Positions 16,899 through 25,014 of a stretch of 30,658 nt of DNA are shown in pieces. This stretch comes from a virus (taxonomy: Duplodnaviria > Caudoviricetes). Each line of letters opens with the position of its first letter. The stretch's first letter is position 1. The translations under genes were made by a program, and so were the position numbers. The notes under the pieces are model-generated. The model did no database searches, was not told where the DNA came from, and saw only the letters and a program-made list of their open reading frames with translations. The stretch lies in the IMG/VR virus record IMGVR_UViG_3300009069_000041, positions 1-30,658 of that record; one strand, given 5' to 3'.

Positions 16899-17347
16899 GA
16901 CGCCTCCCGCAGCGCGCTGACATCGCCAAGCACGGTAAAGTCCAGACCATTGTACCTCGCGATGTAGTAAAGCTGCGCGCGAATGCCCTGATCCCACGTC
17001 ACGCCATCGAAGTGCATCGCGTCAGCCGTCCGATCGTGCGCCGATTGCAGCTGTTCGAGAAAGTCTATACCGCACTCACCGGCAACTTCGATGACCGACG
17101 GGATTTTGTATGTATCCGCAAGCGCATTGATGCCATACCCCTCGATTTCTACTTGGTACTCATCATCGGGGATCAGGCAGCCGATCGCGCATGACAGCTG
17201 CTTGCCATCGGGCTTCGTGTGCCTGTAGCAACAGGTGACCACTTCATCCGCCGCGTCGGCGCTGCCAGCGATTGGGCGTGTGGTTGAAGGCTCACCCTGC
17301 TCGGTCAGGTGCTTGGCGACCTTGTCGAAAATCTCTTGCTCTGTCAT
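16895..17347 (-). CDS. Conserved phage hypothetical protein (150 aa)
   Basis: QEIFDKVAKHL..QG...CCYR...CAIGCLIPD..Y...LQSAHD; GGAG RBS. Confidence 0.78.
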   Translation of the reverse strand: MTEQEIFDKVAKHLTEQGEPSTTRPIAGSADAADEVVTCCYRHTKPDGKQLSCAIGCLIPDDEYQVEIEGYGINALADTYKIPSVIEVAGECGIDFLEQLQSAHDRTADAMHFDGVTWDQGIRAQLYYIARYNGLDFTVLGDVSALREAS

Positions 17348-17516
17348 CGGTGCTCTCCGCGTATTGCCAGCTGATGATCTCGCCAATGATCGGCGCTGCC
17401 AGCTGGCCAGTGATGGGCTCGATGTATCCCCGCTCCGGCGCCCAGCAGAGCAGGAAGGGCTGATCGGAGCGCGCCGTGCGCGCCTCGATCAGCCTGAATG
17501 CTGCGGGCCGTCTCAC
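17292..17516 (-). CDS. Hypothetical protein (74 aa, GTG start)
   Basis: GTGA overlap with the upstream stop; GAGG RBS; overlaps the next gene by 56 nt. Confidence 0.5.
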   Translation of the reverse strand: MRRPAAFRLIEARTARSDQPFLLCWAPERGYIEPITGQLAAPIIGEIISWQYAESTDDRARDFRQGRQAPDRAG

Positions 17517-17941
17517 TTGGCCTCGCGGTGCGATGCTGCCAGCGCAAGCGCGCGCAGCGCGGCGCTGCCGGTCACGCCAAAGTCGTTCAGCATTTCCTCG
17601 AAGGGGTTCACCTCGGGAAGCGCCATGGTCTTTGCGCCGGTCAGCGCGCTCGAGTACCGGATCAGGTATTCGAGGCACTGATAGAGCTCGTCGTCGTCCG
17701 CGCCCGCGACCGCCAGGTTCCCGGTATTGCTCTCGATGACGATGCGCAGCCGGTCGGCCATGCCGATCGCCATCTCGATGCTGACATTGTATTCCGAGGC
17801 GACCGCGTTGTAGTTCTCAATCGCGCGAAAGACATCTCGAAGCGCGTCTGCCAGCGCGTCCTCGTGCTTTTTCAGGTCGGAAGCGATGCGGTCTCGGGCG
17901 GCGGTCAGCGCAGGACTGACAAGCGGGATCGGGTGTGGCAT
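17513..17941 (-). CDS. Hypothetical helical protein
   Basis: 142 aa, GGGGAG RBS. Confidence 0.75.
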   Translation of the reverse strand: MPHPIPLVSPALTAARDRIASDLKKHEDALADALRDVFRAIENYNAVASEYNVSIEMAIGMADRLRIVIESNTGNLAVAGADDDELYQCLEYLIRYSSALTGAKTMALPEVNPFEEMLNDFGVTGSAALRALALAASHREAK

Positions 17942-17942
17942 T

Positions 17943-18125
17943 TCAGGTTCTCCCCTCGATTGGCTTGAGAATGGAGCTGACGGGGACGATGCGCTCGTCC
18001 CCGCAGCGATTGGCGTCCGCGTCGGCGCGTGTCGCGTAGACGCGGGCGTATTGCAGGCTGGTCGTGTAGGATCGCATCCGCCCCGGGATGGCGACGTACC
18101 GGCAGCCTTTCATGATGACGAACAT
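17943..18125 (-). CDS. Hypothetical protein
   Basis: 60 aa, fills the operon gap. Confidence 0.65.
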   Translation of the reverse strand: MFVIMKGCRYVAIPGRMRSYTTSLQYARVYATRADADANRCGDERIVPVSSILKPIEGRT

Positions 18126-18137
18126 CAGCGCCCCCGG

Positions 18138-18668
18138 TCAGCAGATGCGGAAGCCGCCGCTGAAGTGGCAAAATTGCGCGAACTCGGCCACCATCTCGGG
18201 GACGAAGCGGTAGCTGGTCGTGAATGGACGGTGCTTGCCCGTGCCGTCGCAGCCATTGCACCAGCCGGTCTGACCAAAGCGCGGGTGATCGGGCTTGAAG
18301 CCGTTCTCGCTCGTGATCAAGCGGGACGGCTGGCCCGCAAACTGCGCAATTTCATCAGTGCGCACGCCAGTGCCGCCGCACCACCGGCAGGTTTCGTCAG
18401 GCAGCGCTGCCAGCGCCGCGGCGTGCGCCGCGGCGTGTCGATCGACCACGCCACGGTCGATGAGTTGTTCCAGCTCGTCACCGAGCAGCAGCGCATCGCT
18501 GGCGCTCAATCCATCGCCATCGTTCGAGTGCCAGTGCTTGCAGTTTATCGCTATATCGGGGCAGTGCTCCTCGATGAAGTCAGCGATGGGGTGCCACGTC
18601 CAGACGTTGGCGCGGAAATACGCGCCGCGCTCGTGGCTCGGGTTGTTGCCATAGATGTCCATGCCCAC
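18138..18668 (-). CDS. Hypothetical protein with DnaJ-type CxxCxGxG zinc finger (176 aa, GTG start)
   Basis: CRWCGGTG and CNGCDGTG; AGGAG RBS. Confidence 0.8.
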   Translation of the reverse strand: MGMDIYGNNPSHERGAYFRANVWTWHPIADFIEEHCPDIAINCKHWHSNDGDGLSASDALLLGDELEQLIDRGVVDRHAAAHAAALAALPDETCRWCGGTGVRTDEIAQFAGQPSRLITSENGFKPDHPRFGQTGWCNGCDGTGKHRPFTTSYRFVPEMVAEFAQFCHFSGGFRIC

Positions 18669-18670
18669 GA

Positions 18671-18940
18671 TCAGGCTCCTTTCAGGAAATCGCGGAAGGC
18701 GGGGTAGGTGCACTCGATGCCAAGCAGCGTGGCGGTCATCCGCCATGCGTGGCCATCGAGGTTCACTTGCATCATGGTCTCGCGCTCGACGTGATCCATG
18801 ATCGCGTCAGCGACGAGATACGCCTCGAACAGGGTGTACTCGTACTGATCGGGGAAGTGGTAGACGTTCGTCAGCAGCGCGGCGGTATAGACGGCGCGCA
18901 GCAGGCCCATGCGCTCGGGGGTGTAATGGGGCTCGCTCAT
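18671..18940 (-). CDS. Hypothetical protein
   Basis: 89 aa, TAATG overlap, GAGG RBS. Confidence 0.72.
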   Translation of the reverse strand: MSEPHYTPERMGLLRAVYTAALLTNVYHFPDQYEYTLFEAYLVADAIMDHVERETMMQVNLDGHAWRMTATLLGIECTYPAFRDFLKGA

Positions 18941-19341
18941 TACGCCACCTCGCTCGGCGTCAGCGGCGCGTTGCGCACAAGCATCTGCGCAGCATACAAG
19001 CGACGCTCAAGCAGGCTGCGGGCATGGCTCTGATCGATGGGGATGACAGCCTCGCCAATTTTTTCAAGCAGATACCACTGCAAGCCGGGGTGCTGCGCGC
19101 ACTCCGCGTCGAAGAAGTCGAGCGACACTTTTGCAGCGCGCAGTGCAAGGACGGCATTGCTGCACTCTGCGTCGCTGATGCTGCACCTGTGCAAGTATGT
19201 GCCGTTCTCGCGCGGAGCCCAGATCGCGGTCATGTATGGCTTCATCGCGCGCACTGCCTTCAGGTCATGCACAGCGAGGTCGTCCCAGTAATTCTTGACG
19301 ATCGGCTTCGCGATCCGCTTCATTTTCTGATACATCGTCAT
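18940..19341 (-). CDS. Hypothetical protein (133 aa), first gene of the second leftward operon
   Basis: GGAG RBS before MTMYQK. Confidence 0.7.
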   Translation of the reverse strand: MTMYQKMKRIAKPIVKNYWDDLAVHDLKAVRAMKPYMTAIWAPRENGTYLHRCSISDAECSNAVLALRAAKVSLDFFDAECAQHPGLQWYLLEKIGEAVIPIDQSHARSLLERRLYAAQMLVRNAPLTPSEVA

Positions 19342-19724
19342 AATGGCGTCTCCATACAGCGCACCAATTGCGCATTGATATGTTGGGGCAGCAGCTTCCA
19401 TCTTGAAAGCCTTTTTTCCAACAGACTGGTGTCTGATTTTTCGCAACAGAAAGCGGCATATCAAGCCGCCAAAGCCAAACTGTCTAAGCATTATGCCCGA
19501 TTATCGCTGGTGAAAAGCGCAACGCAGTCGTGTTGGATTGCGCGATTTCCACGCTGGAATTCGCTGGACGTTCTTTTCCGGGTTGACCAGTGAGACAAAA
19601 CCGGCCCAATCTCGCGCCCAAGGTATGGCGGTGGCGTTCGCCATGCCCCATGGTTCTCCAGACCAGTCCTCCGCCCCCGGCGCAGCGATGCACCGGGGGC
19701 GATCTCGTTTCAGGGAGCTGCCGC

Positions 19725-20270
19725 GTGCTGATCGAGGTCCGCATTTCTGATGGTCGGCTGGCGCGCTACGCGCGCGCCCTGGCCGAAGCGGGGCCGCGTG
19801 GCCGGCAGGAGATGGCGCGCGGGCTCAATGAGGGCGGCGACCGCGTTCGCACGCTTGTGCGCCGCGCGCTGCGCGATCAGACCGGCGTCATCAAGTATGG
19901 CACGGTCGTTGCGAATACGGTCAGCATCAGAGCTGCGCCCGGTCGGCTTGAATACAGGATCCGGGGCGAGGGGCCAGGGCTGCCGATCGAAGAGTTCAAG
20001 ACCAGTGTGCGCGACGGCAAGGGTGGCGGCGTCGTTGGCCAGCCGTGGCGGATCGCGCGCCAGTTCAAGCGATCATTCCGTCAGCAGTATCGAGGCGGTC
20101 TGATGGCGCGGCTCGGGCCTGATCGCTTCCCGATCAGGCGGCTGCGCGGGCCAAATCTGGCGCATGAAATCGTTGAAGGCGAGAGCTTGCAGACGTTCGA
20201 TCAGCAAGCGACTGCGCAGGTGATGCGCGCCATGACGAGACGTCTGGCGCGCATCTTTCCGAACCCGTAA
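19725..20270 (+). CDS. Phage tail-completion / minor tail protein, gpZ-like (181 aa, GTG start)
   Basis: Basic protein with ARGLNEGG..VRT...R.PIRRL.GP motifs; GGGAG RBS. Confidence 0.65.
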   Translation: MLIEVRISDGRLARYARALAEAGPRGRQEMARGLNEGGDRVRTLVRRALRDQTGVIKYGTVVANTVSIRAAPGRLEYRIRGEGPGLPIEEFKTSVRDGKGGGVVGQPWRIARQFKRSFRQQYRGGLMARLGPDRFPIRRLRGPNLAHEIVEGESLQTFDQQATAQVMRAMTRRLARIFPNP

Positions 20271-20274
20271 GGGA

Positions 20275-21003
20275 TCAGGCGCTCTCCGCCATGGGCTGCT
20301 CGTCAGCCTCGGGCTCGGGGCTGTAGACGAAGTAGCGCGTTTCCTCGTTGGTCGCCCCCTTGACGATGCGGTGCTTCATCCCGAGGCGCTTGGCCGTGTC
20401 GCGCAGCTGGGTGGTCGGATCCTTGAGGCCCAGGGCCTTCATTTCCCCGATGCTGACGCCCTCATCGCGCTGCGCCAGATCGATCAGCTGCTTGCCGCGC
20501 GATCCCTCACGGAAGGGGCCGCGCTGCTTGTTCTCCTTGCGCTCGCTTTCAGGGCGGGCGGCGTCACGCAGCGCAGCGAGCACGGGGCCCTTGCCCCGGC
20601 GCTCGCGCGCGGCCTTGCCGTATTCAGCCAGCGAGACCGGCGGGGGCTGGTCGTCAGCGACCGCTTCAGCTTCGCTCTCTGCCTCCGCGACCACCTCCGG
20701 CGCGGGCAGGGGCGCTTCGCGGCGCAGCCATGCCGGGATGGCCAGCGGGTCATCGTCGTCAGCCTGCGCCTCGGGCTCGGGCTGATCACCATCAGGCTCG
20801 GGGCTGGGCTCGTCCTCGATGCCAGCGTCATCATCGCCCATCGTCTCGCTGGCCTCCGCGTCGCTGCGCGTGTCCATGACGAAGTCCTTGAGGGAGAATT
20901 CCCAGCGGCCAGCATCGTTCTGATGCAGGTCAATCATGCTGGTGTCGTAGCCCTGCCGGCGCGCGGCTTTGGAGGCTGATTTCTTGTTCGCATAGTCGGT
21001 CAT
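20275..21003 (-). CDS. Acidic low-complexity protein with C-terminal winged HTH (DUF3489-like), 242 aa
   Basis: GGAG RBS; REGSRGKQLIDLAQRDEGVSIGEM...RYFV at the C-terminus. Confidence 0.72.
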   Translation of the reverse strand: MTDYANKKSASKAARRQGYDTSMIDLHQNDAGRWEFSLKDFVMDTRSDAEASETMGDDDAGIEDEPSPEPDGDQPEPEAQADDDDPLAIPAWLRREAPLPAPEVVAEAESEAEAVADDQPPPVSLAEYGKAARERRGKGPVLAALRDAARPESERKENKQRGPFREGSRGKQLIDLAQRDEGVSIGEMKALGLKDPTTQLRDTAKRLGMKHRIVKGATNEETRYFVYSPEPEADEQPMAESA

Positions 21004-21096
21004 AGTAGGCTCCATTCATTCAGCGCCATGATTGACGCTAAAGTGACGCTAGGACACAACGGACAGGCCTACAAGTTCGAACTTGCAACCAAAGGG

Positions 21097-21256
21097 GTCG
21101 GTCCGGTTCGGGAGCGGTCCGGTTCGGGAGCGGTCCGGTTCGGGTCCGTCCGGCTGCATCGCGGTCGGGTTCGGGGCGAGGGACTTCGGGTCCGTCCGGT
21201 TCGGGTCCGTCCGGTTCGGGGCGGTCGAGTTCGGGAACGGTCGGGTTCGGGAACGC
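21097..21256. repeat. Degenerate tandem array of 15-16-bp units (core GTC[C/G]GGTTCGGG)
   Basis: GGTCCGGTTCGGGAGC x2, GTCCGGTTCGGGTCC units, GTTCGGGAACG x2; about 9 TTCGGG cores. Confidence 0.85.
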
Positions 21257-21551
21257 CAGATCCCGATCAATCAAAGCCTTCTCATTCCAAAGCGATCCCT
21301 TGCGGATCACAGGCAGCCGGCTCATCGGTTTGGGGCGTCAGCGGCGGACATGCCCCAAGTCGTGCGGCGCGCGTCATGCTCCCGGCGCGCGCTACCATGA
21401 CGCGCCTATCGGCTGGCTTGCGCGTGAGTGTGACGCTGGCAACGCGCACGCATGTGAAGCGCTGGCCAGTGCGCGCGCATGGCGCGCGCGCATTGACCAC
21501 ATAGTCGAGACGCGGTGAAGTAGCCGAACCCGATCCCGACAACCAAATGAC

Positions 21552-21583
21552 AAAGCGTCGCGCTCACTGCGCGGCGCTTTTTT
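21552..21583 (+). terminator. Rho-independent terminator
   Basis: AAAGCGTCGCGC-TCACT-GCGCGGCGC followed by TTTTTT. Confidence 0.75.
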
Positions 21584-21590
21584 GTGCGCA

Positions 21591-21779
21591 CGCCATACAA
21601 GCGCCGCCATGCCAAGCGCTGCGCGCGTCACCAGCGCCACGCCATAGCAGGATCCGCACCGTAGCACGGGCCAAGCATGGCGCGAGCTGGTGACGCTGCA
21701 AAGCGCCATAGCGCGCGCCATGCGCGCGCGCGGCGGCGCGCTGCGCGCTGCGGCTGACCTCAAGTCGCCATAGCGCCAT
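21591..21779 (+). repeat. CGCCAT motif cluster with three CGCCATAGC direct repeats
   Basis: CGCCATAGC at 21640, 21704 and 21766; CGCCAT also at 21591, 21605, 21716 and 21774. Confidence 0.6.
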
Positions 21780-22310
21780 GACGACACGCATCGACCCCGG
21801 TTCGGTATCGTATCGAGCCGCATCGAGCCGCCCCGCGCCGAAACTGCCGCCAGCGCTGCGCACTGCCATAATTCGACAGCTGCCAGCGTGAAAAGGGATC
21901 GCCCCCGAACGGTTACAGGTCCAATAGCGGCCCGCCAAAGAACCGCGGCGCCTGCTCGATAGCGCAAAGAGCCGCCAGTGCTGCCCAATAGCCGCCATCG
22001 AACGAACCAGCGTGTCCAATCGCTGTCCCCCAGGCGCGACACATCGAGCCGCTGTCTCCCGGCAGCGACAGGCAGGCTCTGGTCGCGCAGGCACGACGCA
22101 GACAGCCCCCAGGCTGTCCAGCTCGTGCCGAAATGCGCAGACGACGAACCGATCAGCCGGGTCGCGCAGGCGAAAATGCGGGTGTCGTGCACCCGGCCAG
22201 AGGGACCGTAGATGGGCCGAGCCGTTGCGCGGCCGCCGCAGCGGGCTTTTTCCGCGTTTTATCGCTGAAATTTTTCCCGCTTTACTTTTCATTCGGAGCC
22301 AGATGAACGC

Positions 22311-22928
22311 ATGAGTAGCAAACGCTCAAAGAAGGTCGAAGAACCTGCCGAAAAACTGTGGTTCGCTGACAGAACCGAGCGCCGCTCGATCGATGATCTT
22401 GAGCCCTACGCTCGAAACGCGCGATTGCACAGCGATGAGCAGGTGGCCCAAATTGCCCGGTCTATAGAAACTTTCGGTTTCACCGTGCCTGTTCTGATCT
22501 CGTCGGACGGCGGCATCATTGCTGGCCATGGTCGCGTCCTTGCCGCGCGTCAGCTCGGGCTTGCGGAGGTGCCGTGCATCATCGCGCCGGACGACTGGGA
22601 CGAGGACAAGCGCCGCGCCTACGTGCTGGCGGATAACCGCATCGCGGAGAGCGGCGAGTGGGACGCAGAGCTGCTGAAAGTCGAGCTGGGCGCGCTGATC
22701 GAAGTCGGCATCAACGCCACCGATCTCGGCTTCTCCGATGAAGAGCTGAACACGATCATGAACGGCTGGGAGGCTGATCTGGACAAGACCAACAAGGTCG
22801 CTCCGGAGCTGTCAGACATGACGGCCACCATCAAGGTGAAGGTCAACCAGACACAGAAGGATGAAGTTGTCCAGGTGCTGAAAGACGCCCTCGACGTGGC
22901 GGGCTATGGCGATGCCGGCGTCGAGTAA
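22311..22928 (+). CDS. ParB/Srx N-terminal domain protein (terminase-associated type)
   Basis: LEPYARNARLHS, SIETFGFTVPVLI, IIAGHGRVLAA, AYVLADNRIAE..EWD; no methyltransferase domain follows. Confidence 0.92.
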   Translation: MSSKRSKKVEEPAEKLWFADRTERRSIDDLEPYARNARLHSDEQVAQIARSIETFGFTVPVLISSDGGIIAGHGRVLAARQLGLAEVPCIIAPDDWDEDKRRAYVLADNRIAESGEWDAELLKVELGALIEVGINATDLGFSDEELNTIMNGWEADLDKTNKVAPELSDMTATIKVKVNQTQKDEVVQVLKDALDVAGYGDAGVE

Positions 22929-23766
22929 GCTCTGCCTGCTCTCGGCGTATCCGTACCTGAACAAGTGCTCGGCCAAGGTGCTGAACGGTGTCGTTGCGCG
23001 CCGGGGCGAGATCGAATTCTTTCTCGACAGCGGAGCTTATACCGCATGGACCAAAGGCGAGGTCATCAGCATTCCGCAGTACCGGGCCTTCATCGAAAGC
23101 CTGCCATTCACGCCAGACCGCATGATGACGCTCGACGTCATCGGAGACGCCGAAGGGACGCGGCGCAACTTCGATCTGATGCTGGGGCTTGGCCTCGACA
23201 TCGTGCCCATCATCACGCGCGGCGAGGATCCGTCCGCGCTGGAATATTACTACCAGCACAGCGATCTCGTCGGCCTCGGCGGCGTGGCCCGCGTGGACAG
23301 CGCCTCCGCCGCATGGTGCCAAGCGATGATGTCGCATGTGGGCGACAGGAAGGCGCATATCCTCGGCATGACCCGGTTCGATTGGGTGAAGCTCCTGCGC
23401 CCATGGTCAGTCGATAGCTCGACATGGCTCTCCGGTGCCCGGTTTGGCGAGTGCCATGTCTATCTCGGCAACGGACACCTGACGAAATTTGAGCCCCGGC
23501 GCGGCAAGCCGCCGAAGCGCCTTGCAGAGCGCATTCGGCGGCTGGGCTTCGACCCCTACGAGCTGGGGCGGGCCTATGCCGGCGTCGGCAACAACTCGCT
23601 TTGGCAGCAGATCACGGCGTGCTCGTGGATTGAGTATTCCATCGAGCAGCAGCGCAACATCGGGACGCGCCTGTTTCTCGCCTTTTCGACCGAAGTGTTC
23701 TTCCACCAGCTCGTTGCTTGCTACGATCGCGTCATGGCGGTCAGGCAGGCGCGAGGTCTCAACTGA
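22906..23766 (+). CDS. TGT-fold (DpdA-like) guanine transglycosylase, putative 7-deazaguanine DNA insertase
   Basis: FFLDSGAYT, TLDVIG, GLGG, AHILG and SVDSSTW match TGT barrel catalytic positions; no CxCxxC Zn site; directly upstream of preQ0 genes. Confidence 0.75.
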   Translation: MAMPASSKLCLLSAYPYLNKCSAKVLNGVVARRGEIEFFLDSGAYTAWTKGEVISIPQYRAFIESLPFTPDRMMTLDVIGDAEGTRRNFDLMLGLGLDIVPIITRGEDPSALEYYYQHSDLVGLGGVARVDSASAAWCQAMMSHVGDRKAHILGMTRFDWVKLLRPWSVDSSTWLSGARFGECHVYLGNGHLTKFEPRRGKPPKRLAERIRRLGFDPYELGRAYAGVGNNSLWQQITACSWIEYSIEQQRNIGTRLFLAFSTEVFFHQLVACYDRVMAVRQARGLN

Positions 23767-23778
23767 AGAGCCTCTTGC

Positions 23779-25014
23779 ATGTGTTCGATATTCGGCGCCG
23801 TGGGGCGCTCTGACCTGAATGACCAGCTCCTGACCATCATCCGCGACCGTGCCCGCGACAGGGGGCGTGATGGCGGGCAGATGCAGCGCTTCGCCCTGTC
23901 AGGGGGCGGCATGGCCATCCTCGGGAACTGGCGCGCGACGCCAACCCCGGAGGTGGAGGTTGCGCCGCTCCAGCCCTACGATGGCGTCGTGCACAACGGC
24001 ACGATCGCCAACGACAAGGAGCTGGGCGCGCGCGAGGGCGAGATCGACAGCATGGTGCTGCCGCGCATCCTCGATCGGCGCAACATTCACGCCTTCCTGT
24101 CGTCGCTGCGCCGGATCAGGGGCAGCTACGCGCTCGCCGCCTATACCGGCAGCACGGTTCTCGCGGCCACGAACTACAAGCCGCTGTACTACGCCCGCCT
24201 GGGCGACACGACCTACTTCTCGTCCATGGAGCGCCATCTGGCCTCGCCAGTGACGCCGCCCGGCTTTCGGCCCGCGCGCATGGAGCCCTACAGCGTCATG
24301 GACCTGATGACGTTCGAGCGCCTGCCGCTGCCGCGCCGGGAGAAGAAGCGGGCGCTGGTGATCTGCTCCGCTGGCCTCGACAGCACGACAGCGGCCTACA
24401 AGCTGGCCAATGACGGCTACGAGGTCGCGCTTCTGCATTTCCGCTACGGCTGCAAGGCGCAGACCCGCGAGGTGGCGCTGGTCCACGAGATCGGGTCGCA
24501 CCTGAACGCGCATGTCTACCTGCTCGACATCGACTACTCGCCATTCCAAGGCGGATCGCCGCTGCTGACCGGCAAGGAGATCGCTGGCGCGGTCGAGGGA
24601 GCCGAGTACGCCCATGAGTGGGTGCCGGCACGAAACCTGCTGATGATCGCGCATGCCGTCGCTTTCGCGGAGGCCAACGGTTTCAGCTACGTCGCGCTGG
24701 GCAATAACCTTGAGGAAGCCGGGGCGTACCCGGATAACGAGGAAGAGTTCACGCACCTGCTCGACATGGCGCTGGACTATGCCGTCAGCGATGGCGCGAA
24801 GGTGCGCCTGATCGCGCCCCTGGGCGGTCTGATGAAGCACGAGATCGTCGCGCTCGGCGCGTCGCTTGGCGTGCCCTACGAGCTGACATGGAGCTGCTAT
24901 CGCGGCGGCAACGTGCATTGCGGGCGCTGCGGGCCGTGCATGATGCGCAAGACCGCGTTCGCGCGTCATGGCCTGACCGATCCCGCCTTCGCTCACGAGA
25001 GGGCGCCGGCATGA
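23779..25014 (+). CDS. queC: Gat-QueC fusion (Ntn glutamine amidotransferase plus 7-cyano-7-deazaguanine synthase)
   Basis: N-terminal MCSIFG (Cys1), RGRD, HNGTIAN, IDS; QueC motifs SAGLDS, VPARN, YPD, TWSCY, CGRCGPC. Confidence 0.93.
   Translation: MCSIFGAVGRSDLNDQLLTIIRDRARDRGRDGGQMQRFALSGGGMAILGNWRATPTPEVEVAPLQPYDGVVHNGTIANDKELGAREGEIDSMVLPRILDRRNIHAFLSSLRRIRGSYALAAYTGSTVLAATNYKPLYYARLGDTTYFSSMERHLASPVTPPGFRPARMEPYSVMDLMTFERLPLPRREKKRALVICSAGLDSTTAAYKLANDGYEVALLHFRYGCKAQTREVALVHEIGSHLNAHVYLLDIDYSPFQGGSPLLTGKEIAGAVEGAEYAHEWVPARNLLMIAHAVAFAEANGFSYVALGNNLEEAGAYPDNEEEFTHLLDMALDYAVSDGAKVRLIAPLGGLMKHEIVALGASLGVPYELTWSCYRGGNVHCGRCGPCMMRKTAFARHGLTDPAFAHERAPA

Noticed and set aside
19559-19573. 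Alphaproteobacterial LexA box (GTTC-N7-GTTC)
   Set aside because: Only ATTC-N7-GTTC here, and GTTC-N7-GTCC in the 21.1-kb repeats; single-mismatch hits are too likely by chance
21097-21256. CRISPR array
   Set aside because: Units are 15-16 bp and adjacent, with no unique spacers and no cas genes
21392-22292. Minus-strand ORFs of 266 and 242 aa
   Set aside because: Ala/Arg-rich, mutually overlapping, no motifs; better explained as GC-rich non-coding repeats
21900-22310. preQ1 riboswitch upstream of the que genes
   Set aside because: No recognisable preQ1 stem with an A-rich 3' tail seen by eye; an Rfam search would be decisive
22311-25014. QatABCD or type IV CBASS (QueC-containing defence systems)
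   Set aside because: No KAP ATPase, TatD, CD-NTase or effector; the full FolE/QueD/QueE pathway and packaging context fit DNA modification better
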